Assembly (NCBI GenBank): GCA_964291405.2
Contig: OZ219926.1
Location: forward strand, 1,120,001-1,184,000
Direction: 5' to 3'
From: Thermodesulfobacteriota bacterium
Lineage (GTDB): Bacteria > Desulfobacterota > Binatia > Bin18
Length of the DNA stretch: 64,000 nt
Below the pieces are notes generated by a model. It was not told the origin of the DNA and made no database searches. It worked only from the letters and a program-made list of their open reading frames with translations. The translations under genes and the position numbers were made by a program. Shown here one piece after another: positions 9,767 through 19,908 of this stretch. How positions within the stretch are numbered: position 1 is the stretch's first letter; the number at the start of each line of letters is the position of its first letter.

Positions 9767-12700
9767 ATGCACAAGCCAAATTCGGTCCTACGTCTCCTGC
9801 TCCTAATCGTCCTCCTTGGCTGGACGGGAGTTATTACACAGCCCGCCTCAGCCCAACAGACCGTCACCCTGTCCGGGCGGGTCACCGACACCGCTGGCCA
9901 GCCCGTGTCCGGGGTGACCGTGAATCTGAGTCGCTTACCGAACTGGGTCTGGGTTGACGGGCAGGAGACAGACGGCAACGGGGCCTATCGCTTCTCGGTG
10001 CCGCCAGGAACCTACCTCCTTCAGGTGCAGCCTCCCGGCCCGCTCATTGCCCAAGAGATAGAGCTGACGCTCTCAACGAATACCACGCACAACATTGTCT
10101 TGGAGACCGGGGTGACGCTGTCGGGGCGAGTGACCGGCCCTGCCCGCCAGCCCGTGCCGTGGGCATGGCTATCCGTCCGTAACGATGCCGGTCAGCAGAT
10201 CAGTTTCGGTCAGGCAGACGCGTCCGGCCACTACAGCCTCGGCGTGCCCATGGGAACCTATCAGGTCGACGTGTATCACGAGGACTTCATAGACCTGAGT
10301 CTGGAGGGGGTCACAGTGGCCCAGGCCACCGTCCTCAACATCACTCTGAACTCCGGGGTGATGCTGAGAGGCAAAGTCGTGGACGCTGATGGTCAGCCCG
10401 TACCGGACGCAGAGGTCTGTGCCCGCCTACCCGCTGAGCAGCCGTGGGAAGGCGTTTGTTCTGAGACCGGTCCTGAAGGCCGCTTTCAACTCAGTGTCGC
10501 TCCGGAGGTGTATGTCGTCACGGCCACCCCGTTAGCTCCTCTCCAACCGACCCGCCTCCGACGGCTGGAGGTCAGTGAGGAAGGAGTGACGGACCTCGTA
10601 CTGACGGTGAGCCGGGACCCCACGCCGTTCGTGCCCGATGATCCTCCCAAGGCTGCGCTTATCAGCATCTCCCCGCCGACGGCAGACGGTGAAGTAACGG
10701 TGACTGGAACGGCGGGCTCGGTTGCTCCCCAGAGTGCGGTCGTTGCCACGACTCTGGAGACCGGGCATTTCACTACGGCCCAAGCCACGGCTAGTGGAAG
10801 TTTTACGGCGACCCTGTTTGCGTCGGCAGGCACATCAGTCCTCGTCAAAGCCGACCCGGACGGCGCGGCTGTCAGACGGTTTTTGACCACCTCTGGAAGA
10901 GCGCTTATCATTCTTTTTAGCAACGGGGAGCAAGGCGGGGATTCCAGTGCACTCGCAAGCCTCTCCGGCACGATTCTCCGCGTACCCGACCCTCCAGGCG
11001 CCGGCATTCGGATCGGCAGCGCCGGACGGACCGATTGGCGAGAGCCTGGGCTGCCGGCCTGGACCTTCCAGGGCTCCATCAATACCCGGACCCTCGCTCC
11101 CGGTCATCCTCTACAGGTCCATGGCACGGTCCAGGTGGATTCGCCAGCTTTACAGGGGGTGGACGCGCTCCAGGTGGGGACGACCCTCAGGCTTGAGCGG
11201 CTCTCCGACGCCGAGGGGGCGAGTATCCTTCGCCGCAACACTTTTGCGTCCACCTTCACCACCCCCACCGGGTTGCCGATTGAACGGTCCCCCCTACGTT
11301 GGGATGCGGGTTTAGACGTGTCCCGACAAATACCTTTGGTCAAAAGAGTCGCCACGCAGGCCGAGGCGGAGGTCGACCTGACCCTCACCCTGCCGTCTGA
11401 CTTATCCGCCGGATATTATCGCCCGTTTCTGACGTTCTACTTTCCAGAGATGCCGGTGGAGAATCCGCCCAGCCGCTCAGTCATCAAGATAGTACACTTT
11501 GCGGGCCGAGGTTCGTTTAACGAAGCCCACCTGCCGATTATTCGGGTAGGCAGGCCCGCTCCTCCACGCCTGTATTGGCCGCTTCTCTTGGATACGTTCA
11601 GCAATGGGTCACGTGGGATTCTCGCAGAGGAAGACGCGGACCGCTTCGGGACAGCGCAGCGAGTACTGACCCCGTCGGACACGTTCGTGATCCCACGACT
11701 GAGCGCAGCCTCGGGCCAACCGCTGACCTATCGCCTCGAACCGTTTGTCCCCACTGTTGGACTGAGCGACCGAGATATCCCAAGCCCACCCCGTATTCCC
11801 TTCCAGTTTCCCTCCGGGAGTCTCACCGTCACGATTCGCCAGCCCGATGGCTCTGAGAGGGTCCTCGGTCCTGCACCCTTCGTGCAATCTCGACTCAAGA
11901 GTCTTGTGGATGAAGAAGGCGTTCTCCTCGAGAATGGGGGCGGGCATATCAGCGACGCCTACCAACTCAGCACCATGGACCCCCGCTTTGAAGTCGAGTT
12001 TACCCAAGATGGTCTCCATATCATTACCGTAGAAGGCACGATTAATGACATCTGGGGGCATACCTGGAGTGGGGGCGGCACCTACGAAGTCCATGTCGGT
12101 CGGGTCTTAGCCCTGGATACGGCTGTGTTGCCCGGCACCCACTTTGAGGTCGGCGATGGCTTCAATCCGGGCTTAGTCATCTCCCCACCGCTGACGGCGG
12201 AAGTGGAGGTCCGGCTCCAGCACGTCCCGCACTCGGATGCCAGCCAGCTGGAGGAGCGAAAGGTCCGGGGCCGGACGAACCGCTTTGGGTATTTCCAGCC
12301 TGCGGGCAACAGTGTGGTGTTCGAGCAGCCGGGTGAGTACCGGGTCGATATCACGGCGCGGGGCGAGGATGCACAGGGACGGTTATGGATGGGCTCACGC
12401 ACCTGGGGCGGAGTGGTAGCCCCCGTCAATCCGACCATTGTCGCCCACGGGAGACGGGGCGTTGATAAGCAGGACACGATTGGGCCGCAGTGGTTCTTTT
12501 TCGACGACATCCCCCTGCCTGAAAGTGATAATCCGCATGTCCCGTTTCCCTTTCAGTCGGGCGATGTGACCTGGCTCAAAGAGGCAAGGTTAGGCTCCGC
12601 CATCCCGATGGTGACTTTTCACGACCCGAGTCGTCAGCTCACGAGGCTCCTGCGACAAAGAGGGGGTGAGGACCAAGTCCCTCTGCTCAGCCCCGGTAGC

Positions 12701-13897
12701 TTCGCCGAGCGGGTGGTGGTGGGTGAAACGCCGCTGTTCTCCAGTCGGCCCGATGGCATTGATCCCCATCTTGACCCCAGCAAGGTGGACCTCTGGGCCT
12801 ATAGCTACAGCTCGTCCCAGCGCCCCCTCGTGCGGGTCCGCGAGGAGATTGGCGAAGATGCGATACAGTCAGCGTACTGGCGTTTTGATGATCGCTACGC
12901 CAAGCAAATTGGGGTGGGTCAACACGGTGACCTGCCCGGCGAGTTCAAGTTTCAGTATGGGGCGGCGGTGCTGCACGGTCCGGCCCTTGACCAAGCCCAC
13001 TATGCCATCCACGGTTCGCTGTTTGTCCTGGTGCCCGATGACGATCCCTTGGGCCAGCGCACTTTTCCCCCGTTTCAGGGGAACGGTGGCGGGCCAAGCG
13101 GCGGCCCCCTCTTTACCCTTAAAGGCGAAGAGATTGATCTCTTCATCCATCTGACCGGGGTCCGGCCGGGGAGTGTGTTGGAGACAGGCAATACCTTCGC
13201 CTTGGTCGGTGCTATTGGCCCTACGTTACCGGCCCAGGTAACCTACACCGTCACCGCCCCGGATGGCAGCAAACGAACCTTCAGCGGTTGGGCCAATGAA
13301 ATCGGGTATTACTATGAGCCGGACGATAATTTCATCGTGGACCAGCCTGGGCGGTACACGGTTGATCTGCAAGTGACATACGATGGGAGTACTTCCGCCG
13401 GGCAAGTGACCGCGCCGTTTCCGCAAGGCGACGTGTTGGGTACGGCGCGGGGCCGTTTCTCGGTGTATGTCGTCTCTCCCCACAGCTCTCCCCTCACCGT
13501 GGACCTACCCCGGCACGACTTCCTGACGGCACCAGCGGACTTTACGGTCACAGCCAGCGCGTCTAGTGGACTGACGCTCACCGAGGGGCATATAACAGCC
13601 TTGATGCCGGGAGTGGTGCTGGAGGACGGGCCACTAACGGTGAGGAACAACGGACTAACCTATGATTACGATCCGGTGGGCTTGGCCGCGGGGGTGTCGA
13701 TCCTGGATGTGGAGCGGAATGGGGTCCCAGTGGCGGCGGATGTCGTCACGGTGAGTCTATTCGGACAGGGGACGGACAGCGAAGGTCAGCCGAGTTATGC
13801 AGCGCGAGTGGTGACATTACACGGGCCGGAGTTCCTAAGCTTAACGCTGGTCGCGCCCGGCCCCAATGCGATCCGCGATCTGGAACCGCTGGAGTAA
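9767..13897 (+). CDS. Large secreted protein with carboxypeptidase-regulatory-like repeats, paralogue 2
   Basis: Colinear full-length paralogue of 5637-9752 with long near-identical peptide blocks. Confidence 0.87.
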   Translation: MHKPNSVLRLLLLIVLLGWTGVITQPASAQQTVTLSGRVTDTAGQPVSGVTVNLSRLPNWVWVDGQETDGNGAYRFSVPPGTYLLQVQPPGPLIAQEIELTLSTNTTHNIVLETGVTLSGRVTGPARQPVPWAWLSVRNDAGQQISFGQADASGHYSLGVPMGTYQVDVYHEDFIDLSLEGVTVAQATVLNITLNSGVMLRGKVVDADGQPVPDAEVCARLPAEQPWEGVCSETGPEGRFQLSVAPEVYVVTATPLAPLQPTRLRRLEVSEEGVTDLVLTVSRDPTPFVPDDPPKAALISISPPTADGEVTVTGTAGSVAPQSAVVATTLETGHFTTAQATASGSFTATLFASAGTSVLVKADPDGAAVRRFLTTSGRALIILFSNGEQGGDSSALASLSGTILRVPDPPGAGIRIGSAGRTDWREPGLPAWTFQGSINTRTLAPGHPLQVHGTVQVDSPALQGVDALQVGTTLRLERLSDAEGASILRRNTFASTFTTPTGLPIERSPLRWDAGLDVSRQIPLVKRVATQAEAEVDLTLTLPSDLSAGYYRPFLTFYFPEMPVENPPSRSVIKIVHFAGRGSFNEAHLPIIRVGRPAPPRLYWPLLLDTFSNGSRGILAEEDADRFGTAQRVLTPSDTFVIPRLSAASGQPLTYRLEPFVPTVGLSDRDIPSPPRIPFQFPSGSLTVTIRQPDGSERVLGPAPFVQSRLKSLVDEEGVLLENGGGHISDAYQLSTMDPRFEVEFTQDGLHIITVEGTINDIWGHTWSGGGTYEVHVGRVLALDTAVLPGTHFEVGDGFNPGLVISPPLTAEVEVRLQHVPHSDASQLEERKVRGRTNRFGYFQPAGNSVVFEQPGEYRVDITARGEDAQGRLWMGSRTWGGVVAPVNPTIVAHGRRGVDKQDTIGPQWFFFDDIPLPESDNPHVPFPFQSGDVTWLKEARLGSAIPMVTFHDPSRQLTRLLRQRGGEDQVPLLSPGSFAERVVVGETPLFSSRPDGIDPHLDPSKVDLWAYSYSSSQRPLVRVREEIGEDAIQSAYWRFDDRYAKQIGVGQHGDLPGEFKFQYGAAVLHGPALDQAHYAIHGSLFVLVPDDDPLGQRTFPPFQGNGGGPSGGPLFTLKGEEIDLFIHLTGVRPGSVLETGNTFALVGAIGPTLPAQVTYTVTAPDGSKRTFSGWANEIGYYYEPDDNFIVDQPGRYTVDLQVTYDGSTSAGQVTAPFPQGDVLGTARGRFSVYVVSPHSSPLTVDLPRHDFLTAPADFTVTASASSGLTLTEGHITALMPGVVLEDGPLTVRNNGLTYDYDPVGLAAGVSILDVERNGVPVAADVVTVSLFGQGTDSEGQPSYAARVVTLHGPEFLSLTLVAPGPNAIRDLEPLE
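9791..9889 (+). repeat. 99-bp exact direct repeat, copy 2
   Basis: Identical to 5661-5759. Confidence 0.9.
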
Positions 13898-13956
13898 GTC
13901 TTCCCCCGTCTGATGTGGGGCTAACGGCGATGGAAGACGAACGGGGAAGCCCTGTC

Positions 13957-15762
13957 ATGCGTATCGTCTCCCCCTTATTGCGGAGTCTATACTTCCTAGC
14001 GTTGATTATCTGCGTCCTCCTCTGCTTCCCCACCTCCACCCCCGCCACAAGCAGTATCGGTCTCACCCCAGACGGCACGACCGTCTTTGTCGTCAACCCG
14101 GACTCCGGCTCCGTATCCGCAATCGACGCCGCCTCAGCGACCACGCGGGCCGAACTCATCGTGGGTCGTGACCCCCGCATGCTCACCATCGGGCCGGACG
14201 GCCAGCGGCTGTACGTCACCAGCCAAGCCTCGGCAACACTGACCATCCTGGAGACCCAGCCGTTCTCGATCCTTACTAAACTCCGCGTCGGCCCGGAGCC
14301 CTATGGCGTCGTCGCCGACCCCACCGGCCACCTCGTATACGTGGCCGCATCCGGCGCCGACCGGATTGACGTCATCGACACCGAACTCGTCCAAGTCGTG
14401 GACACCATCCCCGTACAACCCCGGCCCAAGGGCCTCGCCATTTCTGAAGATGGGACCCGGCTCTACGTCACCCATTTCCTGTCCGGCACGGTCTCGGTTA
14501 TTGATCTGGAAAGCCGAAGCGTGCTCGAAGTCATTGCCACCGGCCCCGAGAGCAACATCGCCCAACGTATCGCCCTGCACCCCACGAATGGCCGCGCCTA
14601 TCTGCCCCATATCCGCTCCAATGTCAGCAACCCCCACCCCCTGTTTGATACCACGCTCTTTCCGGTCGTCTCCGTCATTGACCTGGCAACCGACCAACAT
14701 CTGCTCCCCGAACGGCTGGAACTCTCGGTCGTAGACCGGCCGGTCAATCTCCCCTTCGATCTGGCCCTGTCGTCCGATGGGCAACGGATGCATATCGTCC
14801 ACCTGGGGAGTGGGGATCTGTCGGTCATTGATCTGGAAACCCGCCAAGTGCTCGCGCATATCGAGGTGGGGGATGGGCCACGGGGCATCGTACTCACCCC
14901 GGACGACCGCACCGCCTATGTGGCGAATGCACTCTCGGGCGATGTGTCGGTCATTGATCTCCGTACCTTCGCAGAAGTCACCCGCATTCCGGTGACCACC
15001 AGCCCACTCTCGCCAGAGTTGAAACGAGGGAAACTCTTGTTTATCTCCAGCCGCTCAACCCGCATCTCCCGGGACCAGTGGATGAGTTGCGAGAGCTGTC
15101 ATGCAGACGGGGAGCAGGATGGGCGGACCTGGCTGTTTCCCGACGGTCCCCGCAACACGACGAATCTCAGAGGGCTGGCGGATACCCACCCGCTGCACTG
15201 GAGTGCGGACCGAGATGAGGTGCAGGATTTTGAATTCACCATCCGGGAGTTGCAGGCGGGGACGGGGTTGCTGGAGGACCCGCATCTCGAACTCGGATCG
15301 CCCAATACGGGGCGGTCGGCTGATCTGGATGCGCTCGCGGCGTTTATCGAATCGCTGCAACCCAAGCCCAGTCCGTTTCGACGGGCAGACGGAACGCTCA
15401 CGTCGGAGGCGGAGCGTGGGCAAGCCATCTTTCACCGGGCGGATGTGGGCTGCGCGGACTGCCATATCCCACCGCTTTTTACCGATTTGCAGGTGCATGA
15501 TATCGGCACGGGTCACGGGCCAGGTGAACTCTTGGGGCCGGCGTTTGATACGCCATCGCTGCGGGGGGTCTGGCATACGGCTCCCTATCTGCACGATGGG
15601 CGGGCGCCCACTCTTCGGGATGTGGTGGTCACTCATAACCCTACTGGCCAACATGGTCAGACCTCGCAGTTATCGGAGGTGGAGGTGCAAGATCTAATCG
15701 CCTTTCTGCGGTCTCTGGAGGGAGACAAGAGCCGGGTGCAGGACTTGGAACGGCTGGAGTAA
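13957..15762 (+). CDS. Secreted YVTN/YncE-like beta-propeller fused to a di-haem cytochrome c (bCCP/MauG superfamily-like)
   Basis: Signal peptide; repeats of P.GLA.S.DG.RLYV....SG.VSVID; two CxxCH motifs (CESCH, CADCH); RNTTNLRG...HW and FDTPSLRG...APYLHDG; start uncertain (13915-13957). Confidence 0.85.
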   Translation: MRIVSPLLRSLYFLALIICVLLCFPTSTPATSSIGLTPDGTTVFVVNPDSGSVSAIDAASATTRAELIVGRDPRMLTIGPDGQRLYVTSQASATLTILETQPFSILTKLRVGPEPYGVVADPTGHLVYVAASGADRIDVIDTELVQVVDTIPVQPRPKGLAISEDGTRLYVTHFLSGTVSVIDLESRSVLEVIATGPESNIAQRIALHPTNGRAYLPHIRSNVSNPHPLFDTTLFPVVSVIDLATDQHLLPERLELSVVDRPVNLPFDLALSSDGQRMHIVHLGSGDLSVIDLETRQVLAHIEVGDGPRGIVLTPDDRTAYVANALSGDVSVIDLRTFAEVTRIPVTTSPLSPELKRGKLLFISSRSTRISRDQWMSCESCHADGEQDGRTWLFPDGPRNTTNLRGLADTHPLHWSADRDEVQDFEFTIRELQAGTGLLEDPHLELGSPNTGRSADLDALAAFIESLQPKPSPFRRADGTLTSEAERGQAIFHRADVGCADCHIPPLFTDLQVHDIGTGHGPGELLGPAFDTPSLRGVWHTAPYLHDGRAPTLRDVVVTHNPTGQHGQTSQLSEVEVQDLIAFLRSLEGDKSRVQDLERLE

Positions 15763-15825
15763 GGAAGGAGGAATTCAGGGCTTGACCCGACATACCTCAT
15801 CGTGAACCGCGCGAGGTCTCACCCA

Positions 15826-16710
15826 TCACAGCCAGCCCGATTTGCGACGGCTTGGCGGTTCCACACCGGTCAGACAAAGCCGCACCGCGCTCCAGGCCGC
15901 GTGAAATGCGCTGCGCAAGGCAACCGCGTCAACGGCGAGTACGCGCATCCAGACACCCGCATTGTCAGGCAGAATCGACGCACCGGTATAGATGTCGGGA
16001 AGAGGATCGAGCGCCGCTCGTAAGGCGGTCACCAATTCCTCGGTATCGTGGTCCGACACCACCCAGAACGTCCCCTGCGTCTGATAGCGCCGCAGGGCCG
16101 AGGGCAGACTCGTAACGAACTCGTGACCGCTCATCTCGAAGCGGTCCACACAGCGACGCTGTCCGTCCGGTCGCTGGAATACGGTTTCGCTGAAAATCGA
16201 ACCAAACGGACGGCCCAAGGCTTCCGGGTCGTGCAGTCCAAAGGCATCGCCGCTAATGGCCGTCGCGCCTTCTTCGACAGCGATATGGACCGAAGAGCGA
16301 AAGTGCGCTTGGGGGAATAATGCGAGCGGGTCGGGCAGGTATTCGACAAAGCTGCCCTTGCCCGCTCGAATGGAAACCTGTTGTGTGGCGACCCTCCCCT
16401 CCCGCATCGAGTGGACAACAGTCGCCCCTTGGGTGGTCAGATGCACACACGCGCCGTCTTCCACCGAAAAATCAAGCGTTAAGCGCTCATTTTCATACAC
16501 CCCACCAGAGATGGACTGGAGCATCAGCGTCAGCATCCCGTGCGGAGCCCGGTCGAGACAGAACGGCTGGGTAAGGGTGAAGGGATAGGTCGTCCGTTGC
16601 TCGGCGAGAAAGGTTTGACCGGAGGGGTCACGTTTGAAGCTGAGGGAAACGTGCGGGGACGTAACGGAGCATGGCTCAACCGAGAGCCCAGGGGCGGATG
16701 CACTGCTCAT
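15826..16710 (-). CDS. ureD: Urease accessory protein UreD
   Basis: SGGVYENERL, HLTTQGATVVH, VEYLPDPLALFPQAHF; downstream of ureC. Confidence 0.85.
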   Translation of the reverse strand: MSSASAPGLSVEPCSVTSPHVSLSFKRDPSGQTFLAEQRTTYPFTLTQPFCLDRAPHGMLTLMLQSISGGVYENERLTLDFSVEDGACVHLTTQGATVVHSMREGRVATQQVSIRAGKGSFVEYLPDPLALFPQAHFRSSVHIAVEEGATAISGDAFGLHDPEALGRPFGSIFSETVFQRPDGQRRCVDRFEMSGHEFVTSLPSALRRYQTQGTFWVVSDHDTEELVTALRAALDPLPDIYTGASILPDNAGVWMRVLAVDAVALRSAFHAAWSAVRLCLTGVEPPSRRKSGWL

Positions 16711-16734
16711 GGCGTTCCACGGAAGCGGCGCCGC

Positions 16735-18444
16735 TCAGCGTAAAAAATACTTTCTGGCGAGCGGGACTTCATCCGCGGGCTCGCACGTCATCAGCTCGCC
16801 ATCGGCGTAGACCTCATGCGTGTGCGGGTTGACGGTGATGTCCGGGCAAGTGTCGTTATGCAGCATATCCCCCTTCCCCACCGCGCGCGTGTTCCGAATC
16901 GGCAACATGGGTTTGTGGAGTTCGAGTTTGCGCGGAATATCAGCCTCAAGCGCCAGGGAACTGGCGAAGACCGCACTCAGGGCAGACGGCGCGCTGCCCA
17001 CCGCTCCCCACATGGGACGCTGGATAATCGGCTCAACCGGGAAGATGCAGCCACTCGCGTCTCCCATGATGGACCAGGCCATAAAGCCGCCCTTCATCAC
17101 CATCAACGGTTTGGCACCAAAAAATGCCGCTCCCCACAGTACCAGATCGGCCATCTTCCCGGCCTCCAGCGAGCCGACGTAATGGTCAATGCCCATCGCC
17201 CGGGCCGGGTTGATGGTATATTTGGCGATATAGCGTTTGATCCGCTCGTTATCGGCGCGCGCTGTTCTTTCCGTGGGAAGACGGCCGCGTTGGTCCTTCA
17301 TTTTACTCGCCAGCCGCCAGCAATTCGTAATGGTTTCATGCACCCGCCCCATCCCCTGCGTGTCCGCGGCAAACATCGAGATCGCGCCCAGGTCGTGCAA
17401 CACGTCTTCCGCGGCCATGGTCTGCGGCCGAATGCGGCTTTCGGCAAAGGCGACATCTTCCGGTAAGCGCCAATTCAGCATATGGGCGTCCATGGTCATG
17501 GGCAGGGCTTCGTCGAGCGCGTTGCGCGAGTAGGGGTTGGTCGGATTGGTGGAAGACGGCAGGCAGTTGGGCTCGCCCGCCACACGGATGAGATCGGGCG
17601 CGTGGCCGCCGCCGGCCCCCTCGACGTGGTACATATGAATCGTCCGACCGGCGATCGCGGCCAGCGTGTCCTCACAGTAGCCGGCCTCGTTGATGGTGTC
17701 GGTATGGAGCTGAACCTGAAAATCGTATTGATCCGCCACCGTGAGCGCGCAGTCTATGGTGGCCGGCATGGCTCCGAAATCCTCGTGGACCTTGACGCCG
17801 ATCGCCCCACCGGCCACGCTCTCCTCAATCGCGGCGCCGACGTGCGAGTTGCCCCGTCCCAGAAAGCCGAAATTCAAGGGATAGTGCTCGCAGGCTTTGA
17901 GCATCTTGGCCAGATTATTCGGCCCCGCGCAGCTGATATCGAAATGCGGCCCCATGGTGCCGCCAATAATGGTCGTAATGCCGCTGGCCAGGGCGTGTTC
18001 ACACTGCTGCGGACACAGGAAGTGGGCGTGCGCCTCCACTCCCCCTGGGGTAATGATCAGGCCATCGCCGTGCACGATGGTCGTACAGGGACCGCAGACC
18101 AGCTCGGGCTGGACCCCGTCCTGGATGGCGGGATTCCCGGCTTTGCCCACACCGACGATCTTACCCTCCTTAATACCGATATCGCCCTTCACGATGCCCA
18201 GCACCGGGTCGATGATCGTGGCGTTCTGGACCACCATATCCAGCCCACCCGACGCCGCGGTCGTGGCGGCGTGAAAGCCCATCCCGTCGCGCATCACCTT
18301 GCCGGCCCCGGTCAGACACTCGTCGCCATAGACCGCAGAGTCGTGCTCAACCTCGGCCAGCAGCGAGGTGTCGCCCAGACGCACCATATCGCCCGTTGTT
18401 GGCCCATACGTGGCCGCATAGGCCGCCCGTGTCAGTCTGGCCAT
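16735..18444 (-). CDS. ureC: Urease alpha subunit homologue (divergent)
   Basis: [62 protein letters not shown]. Confidence 0.93.
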   Translation of the reverse strand: MARLTRAAYAATYGPTTGDMVRLGDTSLLAEVEHDSAVYGDECLTGAGKVMRDGMGFHAATTAASGGLDMVVQNATIIDPVLGIVKGDIGIKEGKIVGVGKAGNPAIQDGVQPELVCGPCTTIVHGDGLIITPGGVEAHAHFLCPQQCEHALASGITTIIGGTMGPHFDISCAGPNNLAKMLKACEHYPLNFGFLGRGNSHVGAAIEESVAGGAIGVKVHEDFGAMPATIDCALTVADQYDFQVQLHTDTINEAGYCEDTLAAIAGRTIHMYHVEGAGGGHAPDLIRVAGEPNCLPSSTNPTNPYSRNALDEALPMTMDAHMLNWRLPEDVAFAESRIRPQTMAAEDVLHDLGAISMFAADTQGMGRVHETITNCWRLASKMKDQRGRLPTERTARADNERIKRYIAKYTINPARAMGIDHYVGSLEAGKMADLVLWGAAFFGAKPLMVMKGGFMAWSIMGDASGCIFPVEPIIQRPMWGAVGSAPSALSAVFASSLALEADIPRKLELHKPMLPIRNTRAVGKGDMLHNDTCPDITVNPHTHEVYADGELMTCEPADEVPLARKYFLR

Positions 18445-18452
18445 GTTCCCTC

Positions 18453-19157
18453 CTATGCGCCCTTAAAACCGCGCTCTTTGGCCCGTTGGAGAGCGGCCCG
18501 CTTGACCGCTTCGGAATGAATAGAGCCGTTGGTGAGATTGTTGAGACCGGTGACTTCGCCGCTGCCGCCCAGGGCGACTAACGGAACGGCTTTCTTCACC
18601 CCGGGCTCAAAGCGCACCGACGCGCCCGCCGGCACGTCCGGACGCATGCCGAACGCCTGCGCCCGATCAAACTCCAGGGCCTTGTTGGCTTCAAAGAAAT
18701 GAAAATGGCTGGCCACCTGGATGGCACGATCTCCGGTATTGACGACCTCCAGGGTCAGGGTTTTGCGGCCTGCGTTCAGGTCTATCTCTTCGTCAGGTGT
18801 GATGATCCCACCGGGTCGCCCATACGGTGATTCAGGCAGGGGCTCGGAGCCGGGGCGGATCGGATTATACACGGCAATGAGCTTGGTCCCATCCGGGAAC
18901 ATCCCATCAACCATAATCCGGGATACCAGTTGGGCAACGCTGGGCAGCACGTCGTCTGTCGTCAGCAGCGTTGACCCCAGGCTGACCAGCTCCGCGACCG
19001 ATTTCCCCTCGCGCGCGCCCTCAAGCAGTTCGTCCGTGATATAGGCAATGGCCTCGGCCGCGTTGAGCTTGAGCCCTTTGGCCTTATGGCGGCGCGCAAG
19101 TTCAGCCGCCATAAAAATAGTGAGGCGTTCGTTTTCCGTAGGCGTGAGGTTCAGCAT
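18453..19157 (-). CDS. ureAB: Fused urease gamma/beta subunit
   Basis: Gamma: [12 protein letters not shown]...GLKLN..EA...FPDGTKL; beta: [25 protein letters not shown]...RFEPG. Confidence 0.93.
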   Translation of the reverse strand: MLNLTPTENERLTIFMAAELARRHKAKGLKLNAAEAIAYITDELLEGAREGKSVAELVSLGSTLLTTDDVLPSVAQLVSRIMVDGMFPDGTKLIAVYNPIRPGSEPLPESPYGRPGGIITPDEEIDLNAGRKTLTLEVVNTGDRAIQVASHFHFFEANKALEFDRAQAFGMRPDVPAGASVRFEPGVKKAVPLVALGGSGEVTGLNNLTNGSIHSEAVKRAALQRAKERGFKGA

Positions 19158-19213
19158 GGGCGTTCCTCCTGGAGATCGACTACTGAGCGTGGGGTCTGCA
19201 CCAGGCGCACAGG

Positions 19214-19888
19214 TCAGTTTGCAAACAACCGCGTCGCCTGGGTCTCATGACGCATCATGGCAATATCCGCGACCGGCGTAAAGCTGCTGAGAAACTCGGG
19301 TAAGGGCGTGACAAGCAGCGCGGTCAGCGTGGGGCGTATGTGCTGCACAATCAGTTGGGCCTGGATATGGCTTACAAAGCCGAGCCGGATGGCGGCACTC
19401 ACAAACGCCATGCCCTGGAGATGGCCGGACAGCAGACTGGCCTGCTCCGCGTCTAACCCGACCCCCCGCCAGACCAGCCCTTGAACAACCGGGAGATGAC
19501 TCCACGCCTGCCCGGTTTTGACACGCTCCAGATAGTCGGCCGCACGGGGCGTCTTAAGCCGGTCGTGCACGCGCAGCAAGACCCGGCCGGCCCGCTGCGA
19601 TACGACGCGCAACTCGCGCGCAAGCGAGAGCGCTTCCAGTTCTGCATCAACCACAGCAACTTTTTCCAGCTCGCCCGCGGCGCGATGCGCCCACACCAGG
19701 GCGGGTCGGTCGCAGCATGCCCAACGATGGTGGAGTTGACCCTGGACAAAGTGCAGCAAGGTCTCGGCGTCATGCACATAGGAATCGGTGAAGAGCGTCT
19801 CCAACCCCCACGAAGCCGCAAAGCCACCACCGGGGAAAAAGCTGTCGCCGTGTTGCAACGCAGTCAGCAGGGCAATCGAGTCAGTCAT
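19214..19888 (-). CDS. ureF: Urease accessory protein UreF
   Basis: [20 protein letters not shown]; SAAIRLG; C-terminal [11 protein letters not shown]. Confidence 0.9.
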   Translation of the reverse strand: MTDSIALLTALQHGDSFFPGGGFAASWGLETLFTDSYVHDAETLLHFVQGQLHHRWACCDRPALVWAHRAAGELEKVAVVDAELEALSLARELRVVSQRAGRVLLRVHDRLKTPRAADYLERVKTGQAWSHLPVVQGLVWRGVGLDAEQASLLSGHLQGMAFVSAAIRLGFVSHIQAQLIVQHIRPTLTALLVTPLPEFLSSFTPVADIAMMRHETQATRLFAN

Positions 19889-19908
19889 GCGGATTTTTGA
19901 TGTGTCAG

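Noticed and set aside
5637-13897. Diversity-generating retroelement template/variable repeat
   Set aside because: No reverse transcriptase in the window; differences between the copies are not adenine-specific.
17482-18519. 345-aa plus-strand ORF
   Set aside because: Antisense to ureC.
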